Part shown: piece by piece, positions 1 to 12,508 of the stretch | Numbering within the stretch: position 1 is the first letter of the stretch | How the letters are laid out: every line of letters begins with the position of its first letter | Assembly: GCA_010093705.1 (NCBI GenBank) | Contig: MU006091.1 | Span: 496,001-560,000 of the forward strand | DNA: 64,000 nucleotides | Direction: 5' to 3' | From: Patellaria atrata CBS 101060 | Taxonomy: Eukaryota | Notes under the pieces: model-generated | Seen by the model: only the letters and a program-made list of their open reading frames with translations | Database searches by the model: none | Told to the model about the DNA's origin: nothing | Made by a program: the position numbers and the translations under genes

Positions 1-1038
1 GGCGCGTTTTACGTGCTTCTTCTTGATTTCCGCCATGTCGCGAGGGAGTATCATCCGCTCCGGAATCTTGACTTTGTACTCTGGGATCTCCTCCTGACGC
101 TTTCTCTTGCGCATACTGTAGTCTCCAGCTACGAACGTATTATAAAACGAAACACCGTCCGTGATATCCTCCCAGGAAGTAGGATATCGAACAACAGCAC
201 CATTAGTGTAATCAAGAGTCGTGCCGTTTTCGAATGTCAAACTCATAGTTGGGCCAGGATACTTCCTTGGGCTGTTGAAGAAGCCGAATGATTCCGCCGG
301 GCCAAGGTAGAAGAGAGAATTCCATCTCGCGTCCGGGTCATGATACGGCATTCCATCAGCTTCTCTTTTCAAAACCTCCATTACATCCTCTCCGCTTATT
401 TTGGTCACCGGTGACGGTGCAACTCTGCTATTTCTGCTCATCATTAGATCAAAAAGCGCATATATCTTCGGCATTTCTCCATCGAAAGACATTGACACTA
501 GCGCTGCTTCCAACGGTCTTCTCCATCTGAAGGTTCCCGAAAACACCATTCCTTCCCAACCCAAGTGTCCATCGTGCGCACATTGTAAGAGGTCCGCAAT
601 ATCCGCTTCAAAATCATATTCATTATTATATCTTCCAGCGTACACCTTGTCTGTTATATTATTGAGGCCAGTATTAATATCGACAGGTCCTTCCGAATAT
701 TCTGTCGGTGGGTTTGACATATACGTTATCGTTGATTGAAATTGCAGCATTCGAACAATTGCTTCCAGTGTATCTTCTGCATCTAGCTGAACAAACGGAA
801 CGGATTTCAAACAATCATATGCTAGCTCTGCCGATACCAGTTGTGTGCCAGTTAGTAGTACATCGTTTACCTGCGCGCATGGAACAGCCGTGCTGGTAGG
901 TAGTGTAAGAGATATCGTCGCTCCTAGTGTTTCCTCTGGTAGAAGGTCCAATGTCGTTGATGGTGGTCTTTCGAACTGTGCATATGCCCGCGTAGCAATG
1001 ACTGACAGCAGTAGTAATATGGATGTTGTATGAGACAT
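1..1038 (-). CDS. Secreted peptidase S41-family (fungal tail-specific/CPAF-like) protein, 5' part; runs off the window
   Basis: Manual translation from ATG at 1038 stays open to base 1 (346 codons); the ORF track omits it because there is no stop. Signal-peptide-like start MSHTTSILLLLSVIATRAYAQ. Motifs AYDCLKSVPF, LQFQSTITYMSNPP, YNNEYDFEAD, AHDGHL and YHDPDARWN are typical of fungal S41 peptidases. Confidence 0.8.
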   Translation of the reverse strand, partial: MSHTTSILLLLSVIATRAYAQFERPPSTTLDLLPEETLGATISLTLPTSTAVPCAQVNDVLLTGTQLVSAELAYDCLKSVPFVQLDAEDTLEAIVRMLQFQSTITYMSNPPTEYSEGPVDINTGLNNITDKVYAGRYNNEYDFEADIADLLQCAHDGHLGWEGMVFSGTFRWRRPLEAALVSMSFDGEMPKIYALFDLMMSRNSRVAPSPVTKISGEDVMEVLKREADGMPYHDPDARWNSLFYLGPAESFGFFNSPRKYPGPTMSLTFENGTTLDYTNGAVVRYPTSWEDITDGVSFYNTFVAGDYSMRKRKRQEEIPEYKVKIPERMILPRDMAEIKKKHVKRA

Positions 1039-2810
1039 TGTTAGGAGGGGAGGGAGGGGTGAGAGGTGGGGATGGTCCCCGTTGAATAATTCGATCTGGT
1101 CCTAATATTGCGGGCTCCTCACGCGTGTGCGAACGGGATTATTGTTTATATCTTCTTGAAGTTGGGAGCTAATAGTAAACTCAAATGCCGCGTAACTCCG
1201 TGCGCTTTTACGTTACGCTTACTGGTTCAGATTTTGGAAGATTCTATGCATGACAATGCAAAGCAAGCGAGAGATTGAATGGGACGAGTAACGAATGAAA
1301 AGAGATATAAGATATTTAGTATAGACTAAGTAAAAGCGAATAAAAAAGGAAATACCGAAAGCAAGAAAAGGGTAAAACGGTAAGGAGAAGCACAGACGGA
1401 GAGGTATATGAAAGAGAGAATCAAGTTACGCTTCGTCGTTCTTCCATTTGCAGACGCCATCTCAAACGCTTGCTGCTAGAGGTGCCTAGATATGCGGCTG
1501 ATACGGATCTATGACCTGCCAAGTTGCTTGGAACACCTCCTTTCGTCAGGGGTTTTGGTGTTTTACGATGTCGCATAGACTGCATAGAGCTGGATGACAT
1601 TTAACATCGCCAAAAGCGTGCCGAATTCAATCACGGCGTACGTGAGACAACACTCTGCCTTATAAGACCCATAACTCTAAGGATACGTTAGCAGGAAGAT
1701 GCAGTCATCACTGACGGCTACTGTGTTGAGAAACGAAGTTCTTGGGAAAAGTTGAAAGAAGAGAGTTAGTGAAGAGACGAAATCATAAACTGGGAGCCGA
1801 GAAGAGACGAAAATGGCAGAAGATGGCTCGTGCGCACTTTCCCCACATAACATCTCGTGCGTCAGCTTCTCAGCCTTGTACTTATCCGGTAAGCCTGTAG
1901 AACTTAAGGTATTGTACGCGCACCCCACCAGCCCCAACCTCATATTATTAGATGTCGACCACGTTTCTAACAACTTGTCAAATATATTTTCTCAAGATCC
2001 ACAAATCCGGTATGAACATTAGACATAGCTGTACATAAATTTCTTAAAACTCACTAAAAAGACAACTTCGACATTAACTTATATAGAAATCTTGCGCTAC
2101 CTCCCTCCTTACGGGCGGTGCTACCCCACAACCTCCCCCAGCAACCTCAGCACTCCAAATACAATCCGCGAATCCCGTATCATCCATTACCCCCACCACC
2201 GTACACATACATCGTCAACTCCAATACCCCTCCAACACACCTCCCCCTCATCCTCATCCCTCCCAGTGTATCTATTCTCGCTCTCGTACGGCGAGGGTTC
2301 AGAGCATGTATCAGGACTATTAACCCTTCCATCACGATCGAGGTTGAGGCCGAGGTCGAGGGAGATATCAAATGATCCCTCTTCCAACCCTTCCCGCACC
2401 TTCACGGTAGAAGCGGGAGGATTGGTCGATGGACTATCCAACACGTTAGCACTGTACCCTATCATATCTTACGCAGGTGTTAAAACAGAGAATTTGATTG
2501 TTAGGGGTAAGGGCGGGAGCATATCAGATCATACTCCCCGTACGGAGGGAAGAGTTGTAACTCTACGTCATTGCTTTCGTTTTCCTTTCGCCGGATGAAG
2601 CGTGTGACGGTACGGTGGATGAGATTGTAGAATTTTGCCTGGAGGAGTAGGAGGAGGGGGGGGGGAAAGTGGCATTTTCGTATAGTGCATTTCGTTGTAT
2701 TGTACAGTGTTGTTGTTGTATGTATGTATTCGAATTTCCGAGTTTCAGGTGTAGTAGAATCGTGGAATTATTCAGTGTGTCTGTACTGTACCTCTGTTGG
2801 ATATTGAATT

Positions 2811-2953
2811 GGGGGTATATATATCCCCTATAGCCTGGTCAAAATTGGAATTGTGATATTGACCGTTGGTCATTGTACGGGAGATATATATCCATACACA
2901 CTGGTCAAAAGTGCGGTTGTGATATTGACTACCATATCGATCATTTTGTACGG
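2811..2953. repeat. Degenerate ~67-bp tandem duplication
   Basis: Two copies of GGG..TATATATCC...CTGGTCAAAA......TTGTGATATTGAC....TCATT..GTACGG starting at about 2811 and 2879. Confidence 0.6.
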
Positions 2954-3135
2954 TACGGCACCATCACTAACTATCTCATATCGCCTATCAGTCAAGACCG
3001 AAAGTTAGGGATAAGAGCATTACCGACTACCATTAACAGTGCACATGTAACCCACGCATCTATTGACATATAGCAAAGCGGGAATCGTTACGGATCGCAA
3101 AAAGCGAAAAATCCATCTCCCCTATCCATCTCCCC

Positions 3136-4947
3136 CTATTGCACACTCACAACCCTGGCCTTCTTCTCCTTCGCCTCCAGCAATGCCTCCGTCCACAACT
3201 CAACCTCAGCAAGCGCCTTCTCTGGATCCTTCTTCCTCGTGAGCAAGAACCCCTGGATCTCCGCAGGGCTGAACCGTCCCTCGGGTATACATCCCGCAAA
3301 CCTCTCCGCGAGGCGCTCGATCTTCTTCTTCGCAGCGCCATCTTTTACATTCAGAACCGGGTTCACGACGCCATCAGCCTTGCTTGCGAAGCCATTTGCG
3401 AGATTACCATTTGTAAGTGAAGACTTGGTGGTGTTAGCAGCTTTTCCAGCAACCCCATTGGTGACGGGGGCGTCGGGTTCCGTCTTCGTGCCGGCCTTGG
3501 AAATTCTCGTGCGATCGCTGACATACATGCGCACAAAAATCTCCTTCGCCTGCAGTTTCGTCGCGAGGGAGAACTTGACCTGCATATCCACCCTGCCGGG
3601 TCTGATGAGCGCCTCGTCCAGCTTCTCCGGATGGTTCGTCGTCATGACTAGGACTCTGCCCTCGTGGCTCGCGACGCCGTCGATGGCATTGAGCAGTCCC
3701 GAGAGACTGATGCCCTGTTTCGCTTCGTCAGCCTTGCTCTTGCGGCTGACGGTCGTGATGGCCTTTGTGATGGCGGCGCTGATCTGTTCCTTTTCCGTCT
3801 CGTCGGCTTTGGTTTTGGATGGGACCGGCTTTTCGTCGCTGACTTCGTCACGGATGAGACCCGCGGTGTCGATGTCTTCGAGGAGGACGATGCAGCGGCG
3901 TGGGAGGTTGCTGAAGAGGTTGTTGAGGTCTGATTCGGTTAGTGTGGGCTCCAGTAGGGAGATGACATAAATGTCGAGGCCAAAGATGCCGGCGAGGGCG
4001 AAGGATAAGCTCGTTTTACCGGTTCCGGGCTCGCCGTGGAAGAGATAACCGCGTCTGTAGGGGATGCCGCGACTGCTGTACCATCGTGGGCTGGATGGGT
4101 GAAGATATTCGTTGATATCCTTTATCACCAACTCCTTCTGCTCCGGATCCAGGACAACGGTGTCCATAGGTCGAGACGGTCTGGAAGAAACACGAGCCCA
4201 CGCCCCTGAGTACCTCACCCGTTCTTTCGGTGCAGGACGTCGAATAACCGTCATCGAAGCTTCCTTCTCGAGAGACCAAACCCTGATATAATCCAACAGG
4301 TCCTTGATAGGTTTCGTAGACCTTCCGATACACGTAAGCTTGATGACTTGCTCTTCCGAGTTCCGTTGCCAAGGTGAAGGGATATTCGCTGTCTCTTTCC
4401 TCCTCCTGTCAAACATGAACCTACGGCCCTTGTGGTCGAAGTGGTGAACGCCAAAGTAGGGCTCATAGCGCGGAGGAACCTTGGCGAGCCATTTGGCGAA
4501 GTTGAAATTGCCCAGTTCGTCCAAGGCGTCGCCATGGTCAACCTCATCGTTCATTCCGTTGGAACTACCGTGGCGGGAGACGGCCTTGATGGAGCGAGAG
4601 TCTTTGGACATTTGCTGTGCAGCTATCCACTCCAAAACACCGTCGAAGAGCTCATCGCCATCATCTACATAGACTGAAGATGTAAGGTATGTTTGGAAGG
4701 AAGAGTATGCCTGTCCCCAGAGATAAGTGTAAGCTTTGAAAGAGGCAAAAGAAAGTAGGAATAAGGAAACGGCAATGCCGATATCGAAGCCGGAAACATC
4801 CAAGATGAACTTGGAGATGATCCCATATCCTGGAATGAACGCTTCTAGTATTTGAATTGGTAGATTACTCAAAGTAGGATCGGTAGTATTTATGGAGGCG
4901 GAAGTAGAAGTGAGAGGAGCTCCCCTAGGGAGCCTAGGAAAGGCCAT
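3136..4947 (-). CDS. BCS1-like AAA+ ATPase (mitochondrial chaperone BCS1 family)
   Basis: 603-aa intronless ORF. RRGYLFHGEPGTGKTS (Walker A), IVLLEDID (Walker B), ISLSGLLNAIDG and MTTNHPEKLDEALIRPGRVD, with a BCS1 N-terminal region and a TM segment. Probably a paralogue of the core BCS1. Confidence 0.92.
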   Translation of the reverse strand: MAFPRLPRGAPLTSTSASINTTDPTLSNLPIQILEAFIPGYGIISKFILDVSGFDIGIAVSLFLLSFASFKAYTYLWGQAYSSFQTYLTSSVYVDDGDELFDGVLEWIAAQQMSKDSRSIKAVSRHGSSNGMNDEVDHGDALDELGNFNFAKWLAKVPPRYEPYFGVHHFDHKGRRFMFDRRRKETANIPSPWQRNSEEQVIKLTCIGRSTKPIKDLLDYIRVWSLEKEASMTVIRRPAPKERVRYSGAWARVSSRPSRPMDTVVLDPEQKELVIKDINEYLHPSSPRWYSSRGIPYRRGYLFHGEPGTGKTSLSFALAGIFGLDIYVISLLEPTLTESDLNNLFSNLPRRCIVLLEDIDTAGLIRDEVSDEKPVPSKTKADETEKEQISAAITKAITTVSRKSKADEAKQGISLSGLLNAIDGVASHEGRVLVMTTNHPEKLDEALIRPGRVDMQVKFSLATKLQAKEIFVRMYVSDRTRISKAGTKTEPDAPVTNGVAGKAANTTKSSLTNGNLANGFASKADGVVNPVLNVKDGAAKKKIERLAERFAGCIPEGRFSPAEIQGFLLTRKKDPEKALAEVELWTEALLEAKEKKARVVSVQ

Positions 4948-6172
4948 TTCGATGTTGAATGCTCAGTTGAACTAAGTCTGCCTCAAAATACTGGCACTTG
5001 CGGTGCCGTATATGCCTTATATACTATCACAGAGCGCGACAAACGTTCATACTTTTCTCTGGTGAAGATGAGAGCTACAGCTGGTATCTTCCCATAACAG
5101 GGGGGCAAACAACGGATTCAAACGAGAATTCAAAAATAAAAAACCAGGGGCGTTTACTGTTTATCTAGTTGACCGAACGTTAGGCTCCAGTCGGTGTAGC
5201 GCTTTAATGCATCTCGATAGTCTCCTAACTCAATGTTTTATTGGAATCTGGAAGGGAACGGCACAGTAAGGTAAGATATCGAACCTGGAACCGGGGCTTT
5301 ATAGCCCAATCGTCTGGGGAAAGTACGAATGTTGAAGTGTGCCTGCCTGCGGTGACTCAAATGTAACAAGGGATATTGATTCCATTCTTGTATGCACGGG
5401 AATTCATAGGGCTGTTGCCTTAAGTTACAAACGAAGACGTTTCCCTCACTAATAAGGTACCTTACCTAGTTTGTACCTTATTGATATTAGCACTTTTCCG
5501 ACCATCAGGAGGAACCCAGGAGGCTCAAAGAAGATATTCCGCTCTGATTGAGTAGGACCAAGGGGACATCTCGAATGTACCTTAAGTTGTGCGGCACAGT
5601 TCGCCACAAGTTGAGGAAGGTCAGCCTCAAGGGCAGGCTATGTCAATGGAAGAAGCTAAGCTTAGTAAGGTAGGTCGGCGTGGCGATAAAGGGAAAGACG
5701 GGATCGCATCGCGACTACAAAGAAAGGAAGGAAGCACCGGTGAAGTAATAGAAATTTTACGAAATGACATGTGATATCGGATGATCGGAAATCTAAATGA
5801 GTCTGATGACACCTCAGGATTGGTCTTCTCATAAGCTAAACCACTGAGGATGTACTTCATGGATTAGACAAAAGTAACAGAAAGCTCTATTCGATGAAAA
5901 GTTCCCAGTGTTATCACTCTCTTCAAACCTTCTTAAAAGCTAACAAGGTGGTAAGTGAAAGACCCCGCTCATATTTGCCAATAGTCAGGATGAACTCCTA
6001 CGCCCATGGATGCATGCAATCCAGCATTGTGGTCTGCGGCGTGGGGTGTAGTTCAAGGTAGGTACAATGCCTTACTTGCATACGGAATAACTAATCAGAG
6101 AATTTCCAGCCTCACCATCTTCTTCCAAGGACGCTCTCTCTGTCGGATTATTTCCAAGACGCGATGCTAGCG

Positions 6173-6214
6173 ACACACACACACAGAGAGAGACAGACAG
6201 AGAGAGAGAGAGAG
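6173..6214. repeat. Compound (AC)n/(AG)n microsatellite
   Basis: acacacacacacagagagagacagacagagagagagagagag. Confidence 0.9.
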
Positions 6215-6870
6215 TAAGTACGGACGTGTGAATTATGTGCAAAGGGATCAGAACAAATATAAGCGCATGTATATGTTTCAGGCCCCTCCATGGTAGGTAG
6301 ATATGTATGGGGAAGAAACGCGCGATAATGCGATATCAACACCCGGTGCAGCCCTATTGTTACACCATCGCTCTAATTCCAAAAGGTCAGGTATCGTAGT
6401 CACGAGCCAAAGTGCATAGAAATCAGTTCGATCATAGCTCATCATGCATTTACAATTGCACGCCGGATCACCATTGCTCACGTTAACATCGGTTCAATTG
6501 AAATCGAATTGAAGAAATCACATCTCTATCTCAAAAGCCGGAGCTAGGCATCCTAAAAGCGCCTGTCCAGCCTCATATGCGGGCAAAGGTAAGGTATCTC
6601 TTGTGTACATGAACTAAATCGCCATCTCCACTTTCACCGTCTTCACCGGCAGCGCAGCTGCAGGACGTAAGAACTGAAAATCGGCCCACCGCAAAATGCA
6701 TGACCTTCAATTGCCCCTAGAGAAGAAACCCTTTTATCCTGTGTCTTTCGGATATGAGATTGAAGACAATAAACACTAAATTCAAAGTTGCGCCATTGTA
6801 ATGCGGACATTTTCATCGCAAGTTGAGATTGCAGTATGTGAGAATTCTGTGGGGGACGAGGCCGTTTCGT

Positions 6871-8428
6871 CTAGATGTTACGGCCGTGATTGTGGCGATG
6901 ATAATCGATATGACGACGACGATAGCCTGCAGGAGTCTCTGCAGGGACTGTAGTGTAAATAGTGACTTCTTCAATCTCTTCTATGTATACCGCTCCGCCG
7001 CTGGTGTAAGTTGTTGTTGCCACGATGTTGGCATCATCATCGTCCTCGACGTCCGCTACTTGGACTTCCGGGGCAGGGGTAACGTATGCCTCGGTAGCAG
7101 AGACAACGGGGGAATGGACTTCAGAAGAAGAAGCAACTGGAGTAGCTTCAACCTGTGCGGCTTGAATTTGTCCGTTGAAAGCAGTCATTTCGGCACCATA
7201 ATTATCAGTGACAACGTGAGTACCAGCAGCATACGAGAGACTAGGCACTATGCTCTTGGTGTTCTCGGGAGTGGTGTATGTGGGCGCTGGAGCATCGCTT
7301 CCTTGGTGGAGTGGTTGCGCGTAGGCGGGACCATATTGAACCGGGACGTTACCGCAGAGGGCATCGGCTGGACCAGCGCAGTCATCATCTTCGAGTTCGC
7401 TGGGGAGATCCAAGTTACAGGCGACGCAATCATCGTCCGACTGCATGTATGGTTGGAAAACGGGGCAGTCCGAAAGTTCACCACTCAGGCTCGTGCATGT
7501 GTCGACAGCTTCTTGGAGGAGAGATGGCTCCCAACCAGAGATGAAGTCACCATGAAACCCGTAACCTATGAGTTCATGAGTCAATTGACTGCGGAGATAT
7601 GGTTGAGTCAGACTTACCAGTAGGATCACCGTTGCTGATCACAAATTGACCGTCAACGCCGACATAATCTTGCGTGGCATAGATAGTTTCGAAAAAGAGA
7701 GAAGGAACGCGTTTCTCAAAACCCTCTGGGCATGTACCATCCATGACGAAGCTAGGGAAAGCAACGTGAGACTTGTGATCAGGGGTATCGAGATCCTCGC
7801 CGTTCCAGCACGAAGGGAACATAAGCTCGAAACGGACACCATCAGCACAGTTCGCATCAGTATAATCCTTGTCGGGCATGAAGTGACGGTACAATGATGC
7901 CTCGGCGTCTCTACCATAATTCAAGCAGTTAAAACCAAGTGCTTTCTGTCGCAAAGCCCACTGTTCGGCTGCGTCACCTCGCCATTCAGCGATTGGAGGA
8001 TCCGGGACTGGAAGAGAGAAGTTCCTCAAGCGCGTATCTCCGGATAACATCTGGAAGCCTTTGGGAAAAGCCTGGATGTTTTCGCCGTGAAGCAGATAGT
8101 AGACTAGGATGCCACCAACTTGACGAACAGCCTCGAAAGAGCCGTTTGCATGCTGGAAAGTTAAGACCGGGTGCCAGTAGGCCGACTTATCTGCGGTTAC
8201 AGCGCAAGACGAGCATTCTGAATCGAGCAAGTCATCAGTTGTCGTAACGAATCCGATCTTCTTTCCGCCGTGAATTGCGTGTGAGTGATCTGCTGCGGTA
8301 CCGCTGTCGACGAGAGGATCGATTCGAGCAAGACCGGTACGAGATGGGCATCGCATGCGCCAGAAAGCTGTAGCAGGCTCAGAGAGCGAAAGGGCGAGAA
8401 GTGCCGCGTTTGCGAGAGAGTACTTCAT
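6871..8428 (-). CDS. Secreted DUF1996-domain protein with Ser/Thr-rich, His-rich C-terminus
   Basis: Signal peptide, then FWRMRC, RIDPLV, DKSAYWHP, FPSCWNG and HKSHVA. Intron 7566-7617 (GTAAGT...TAG) joins GDPT to GYGFHGDFISGW, the DUF1996 signature. Confidence 0.88.
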
Positions 8429-10545
8429 CCTGCTTGCTTATCGAGTCGAATTCGTGAGAGTTAAATTGACGGTTCGAAGACGTTTCTTGTAAGAAGCGCT
8501 GCCGCTGGCGATAAACAGAGTTTGTTGGTGAAAGTGAGGTGCAGCTCCTGTCGTGCTCGTTGTTACTGTTTCGAGCTGGCGAGTTGTTGTTGGAAAAGTG
8601 AATCGCAGAAGCAGCCGTTAGATTGTCCTCCAGAGGATGATTGTTTGTATGTTGGGTCAAAAGTCTATCCTTGGAATTGTATGTGCAATGAACGTACTGC
8701 AACACTAGGTCGCTGTGGTGAATGAGCGTGAACCTGAAAGAAACAGGAGGGTGAAGGAGTGACAGAAGAATGAACGACTTTCTTTCGAAATTGCGCAAGG
8801 AGTGAGACTGTGGGAGGAAACAAGACGGGGAGGCGTGTAGAAACGAAAAGGGTGGAAAGGAGGGTCTCCTTGGGTTGAAGAGGGGAGGAAGAATGCGCCG
8901 CAGCTTCTAAGTTTGCTTCAGTCCTTGAAAGGCAGCTAACCTTCTCACCAATTGGAAGGTGCGAAGCCACGTTTATCCTTGTAAAGTATTTCAGGAACGC
9001 GTTGTCTTTGAAACGCTAGCTCCGAACTAGAGAAGGCTAGTTCTGCCTATCGTCAAAGCTTTGATTCCACTCAAGTGTCAAGGCCGACCCCCGTCCTTTT
9101 GATCCCCTTGGTCGTCTATCAAAAAGCACCCAAATGTGCCAGACTTGTTGGCTCTTCTCAACACCCCTACTCTCACGCTAGTAATCACGGCAATCTACAG
9201 AAAAAGTCACACACGGGCTGAGACGTCCAGCCAGATTTCTGCATTTCTGCTACACAAACATCGCACACCATCCTTCAGTCTCAACTCACTCTTTATTAAC
9301 CACACGAGGAAGTTCCACGAGGAGAGAAGCGTCTCCGTTGACGCCGGTGGTCATCATCACCTCTTGCCCATCTTTGGACAAGGAGAACATCCAAGAAAGA
9401 GGCAGGCATTCGTTTTGAAATGAGGCTCCACTTACTGTGGACACCAGTAAGTTCAATTCTCCCACACGGGACACAGGAAACCTCAAACCTGTCTACGTCA
9501 GTCACTTGTAAACGAGAGGATCGGGAGATCGTGCGGTCGGTCGAGCATGCCGAAGCCTTGAGGGAAAAAGATGCGGTTGTTGATTCGTGCAAAAGGGGGT
9601 TACTAAGGTAAAAATTGAGCATTTCTTGTAACGTCTCCTACATGGGGTCCCTGGTTGAGAGGATCCCCTGCCGATGAAAGTTCAAGCAGTACAGGCAGTT
9701 ATGACGCTCTTCATATCGTAGTTGCGCGCAGTATTTCTATGAGAAGAAACTTCCAGCAGGTATCACAGCAGGATGCAAATGCATCGAAGTAAAAGAGCGT
9801 AGACAACGCACAATACGATATATCATAAGAAATGAAACCCGACCGTGAGCGCCAACATCCAAGTCAAGGTCCGAAAACCTGTATAATGGTACAACGGCAA
9901 TTACCCCTTTCAATTGGACCGGACATCCTCCCTGCAATTTTGCAAGTCATCCCTTCAACGCATCCCAGCCGCCGCAGATCCAACTTCCATTCGGCGTCTG
10001 CGTGGCTGGAACCGCCCATGCCTATCGATAAAGGCTTCTATCGATAGGAGAAAAGCTTAGCAATACGGGATACACAACCTCGAATTTAACATTCTCGTGG
10101 AAGATCGAAATTTCAAAAGGTATCTGATTCTATTACACAAGTAGCAAATTGTACTACTTTACTCTCGTGTCGTCGCATTATTCGTTTCTGTGGTGAGAGG
10201 TGTGAGAAAGTTGCCAGTGACAAATCCTCAGCTTTTCCCTGTCCCCCCAGGTTAACCCAGCATATATATCTGCTGTTATTCGGCCCTATGTTCATCAAGT
10301 TGGCCTTGAATTCTTCCTTGTACCTCCTGCGCGAACGGATTCAGGTCCTGTAGCCCTACAATAATGTATAAACAGTACCTCAGTTCTAGTACTCGTGGTA
10401 TCTTAATACCACCCCTCGTTCATAGTCCAACGCGCCATTTATCACCTACCTTAGCATTTCCCGTGTACCGGAACCAACACCAACGTCCTCGCATCCAACC
10501 AGCATGACCCAAGTACTGTAATATACAAACCCGAAGATCTAGATT

Positions 10546-12508
10546 CTAGAAACTAGGTCCCGGCTTCTGATGAGCATATCCACCGTCAGCATACCAAGTC
10601 GCTGCTTTGGAGAAGTCTCCCGACCTACTACCCCTCATAAAGGCAAAGCGAAAATACTCCGGTAAACCCTCGTGCTCTCTAATCCACGTGAAAGAATCCA
10701 CTGGCGCATCTTCATACCCCCTGAATCTCTCTACATCATTCACTAGAACACTAATCCCATCCCAACCGTGCGGGAATGGTTTGTCCCACTCGAAAGTGAT
10801 GTTAGGAGCCATGGTGGTGCCGATGTTGTTGTGGATGATCGGGGGTAAAATTGTCGGAAGAGGCGTCCCGAGTCTCGCGTCCCCACGCAATTCAGCAGGT
10901 GTTTGAAGGATGGAATCGAAGCCCCAGCGAGCGATGCCATTGATAAACAGCCCTACAAGCAAACCCTGGAATAGTAAACTCGGTCGATTCTGGATCGCGG
11001 TTCCCGGAAGCAGTAGAAGGGCAAGTATATAATGATGAATCCTAACATTCATCTTCGGTATCGCGACGAGAAGTAACAATGAAATGCACATAATGCCATA
11101 GATGGCAAGGTACTTGGGCAAACGCCCTTCGATGCGGAGGGCCCATGCTTGACCTAAGGCGATGCAAAAGATGCTCAACACGACGATGATGAGAGCGGGG
11201 ATAGCACCGGGCTCTTGCTTGATGTCGTGCGGGGTGAGGCGTTGAATAGGAATTTTGTCAAAGGTATAGTTGTTTAGAGCACCCACCCAGCAGCCACCGA
11301 GCCAGAGAATCGTCTTTTCGATTTGAGCCGTGAGACCGGTCAGTGGGTAGTGGACACAGTAGCGGTAGAAGGCGGCGGCGCAGAACGCTGCGGGAAGGAA
11401 GCGTCCGAGTGCCAGACTGATGAGGGAGTAGTAGTTGGTTAACTCTGGTGGATCGGAGGCCAGTGCGACGTGAAAGAAGATGGCTGTGAACTCGGTCACG
11501 AAGAAGACAGCGGGGAACGTAGTAAATAGCGAGAGTAAGACCGTGAACGTCAATGACACGGCTAGGAGAGGCCATCTTAGATCTTTACATTGAGATGCTG
11601 TTCCCTCCACAAATCCGAATGTATGAGGAAAGTAAGAGTCGAAGCTGATACTGCGAATTCCATTCTTCTTCTTGCTTGGAAAATTTTGTTGTTCCCCCTT
11701 GAATTCAAGGACACCACAACCGCCGTCCTTGTTGCGGACCATTCCAGCATGGATTGCGGAGCCACAAATGAATGAGTCACCGCGATAGATACCGCTAGAC
11801 ATACTGTCTTCCTCATCTGTTGGGCCTCCAATAACGAGAGAGCGATAGTTCACTGATCTACCCCCGACTGCATGAGGATTCACGACCTCTACTCGTTTAC
11901 AGTTTGCAGGACATCGGAAGGTCAATGTATTATTGGCGAAAGGCCTACATTGATTGCCATTTATGCCACAGCCGTTTCCATCTCTCCTATTCTCGCCTGT
12001 CAGTATATCCCGCGAACCGTCTAGGGGTCTAGTCTCACCAGTATCTAGCCGTACACCCAATCCGTACTGGAGATCCATAACCTGGGACATCACTAGCAAA
12101 CGCGGATTTATGCAGGACCAAAGAGAAGGATAGTAGCCAACAAAAGTAAAGTGCTACTAATATGAGAATCTTATGCTTGCGCTTTGGCGCATATCTCTCA
12201 AGGAGTCGTATGGGGGCCTCCTGTATCGCGGGGAAATATGGACGTATCCTGTAAGGCCGTGGTGGTTGCGGTCCTTTCATCCATTTGACCGTTGACTTCC
12301 ACGCTCTTTTCGCTCGAGGCGGAATGTATTTGTTTAATAAGGCGGACGTCCTTGTGGTCGCTTCGTCTTCATCGGCACCGTCGGGACGTATAAGATCTGC
12401 TGTCTCAGCGTCAATGGCAGTCTCGTCGGAGCCGTCGGAGCTTCCGGCTTCGTCTCGATATTCTGGCAATGACCTAAGACTGTGTTGTGATGCAGTTCCA
12501 GCTGGCAT
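10546..12508 (-). CDS. LCCL-domain multi-pass membrane protein
   Basis: Exon 1 (ORF 12508 down) splices via intron 11987-12038 (GTGAGA...CTGAC...TAG) to the 517-aa ORF. YRGDSFICGSAIHAG is the LCCL motif, followed by many TM helices including RIHHYILALLLLPG. Confidence 0.85.

Noticed and set aside
2187..2675. Possible small minus-strand gene whose frame would depend on a G10 homopolymer at about 2656-2665, with intron-like GTAAGA...GCTAAC...TAG
   Set aside because: As written, the ATG frame stops after about 35 codons and no frame gives a recognisable protein. Too weak to call a gene or a slippage switch.
3239..3970. Long antisense ORFs over BCS1, and similar ones at 6823-7623, 60353-61018 and 62628-63545
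   Set aside because: These are shadows of codon-biased real genes on the opposite strand and carry no independent motifs.
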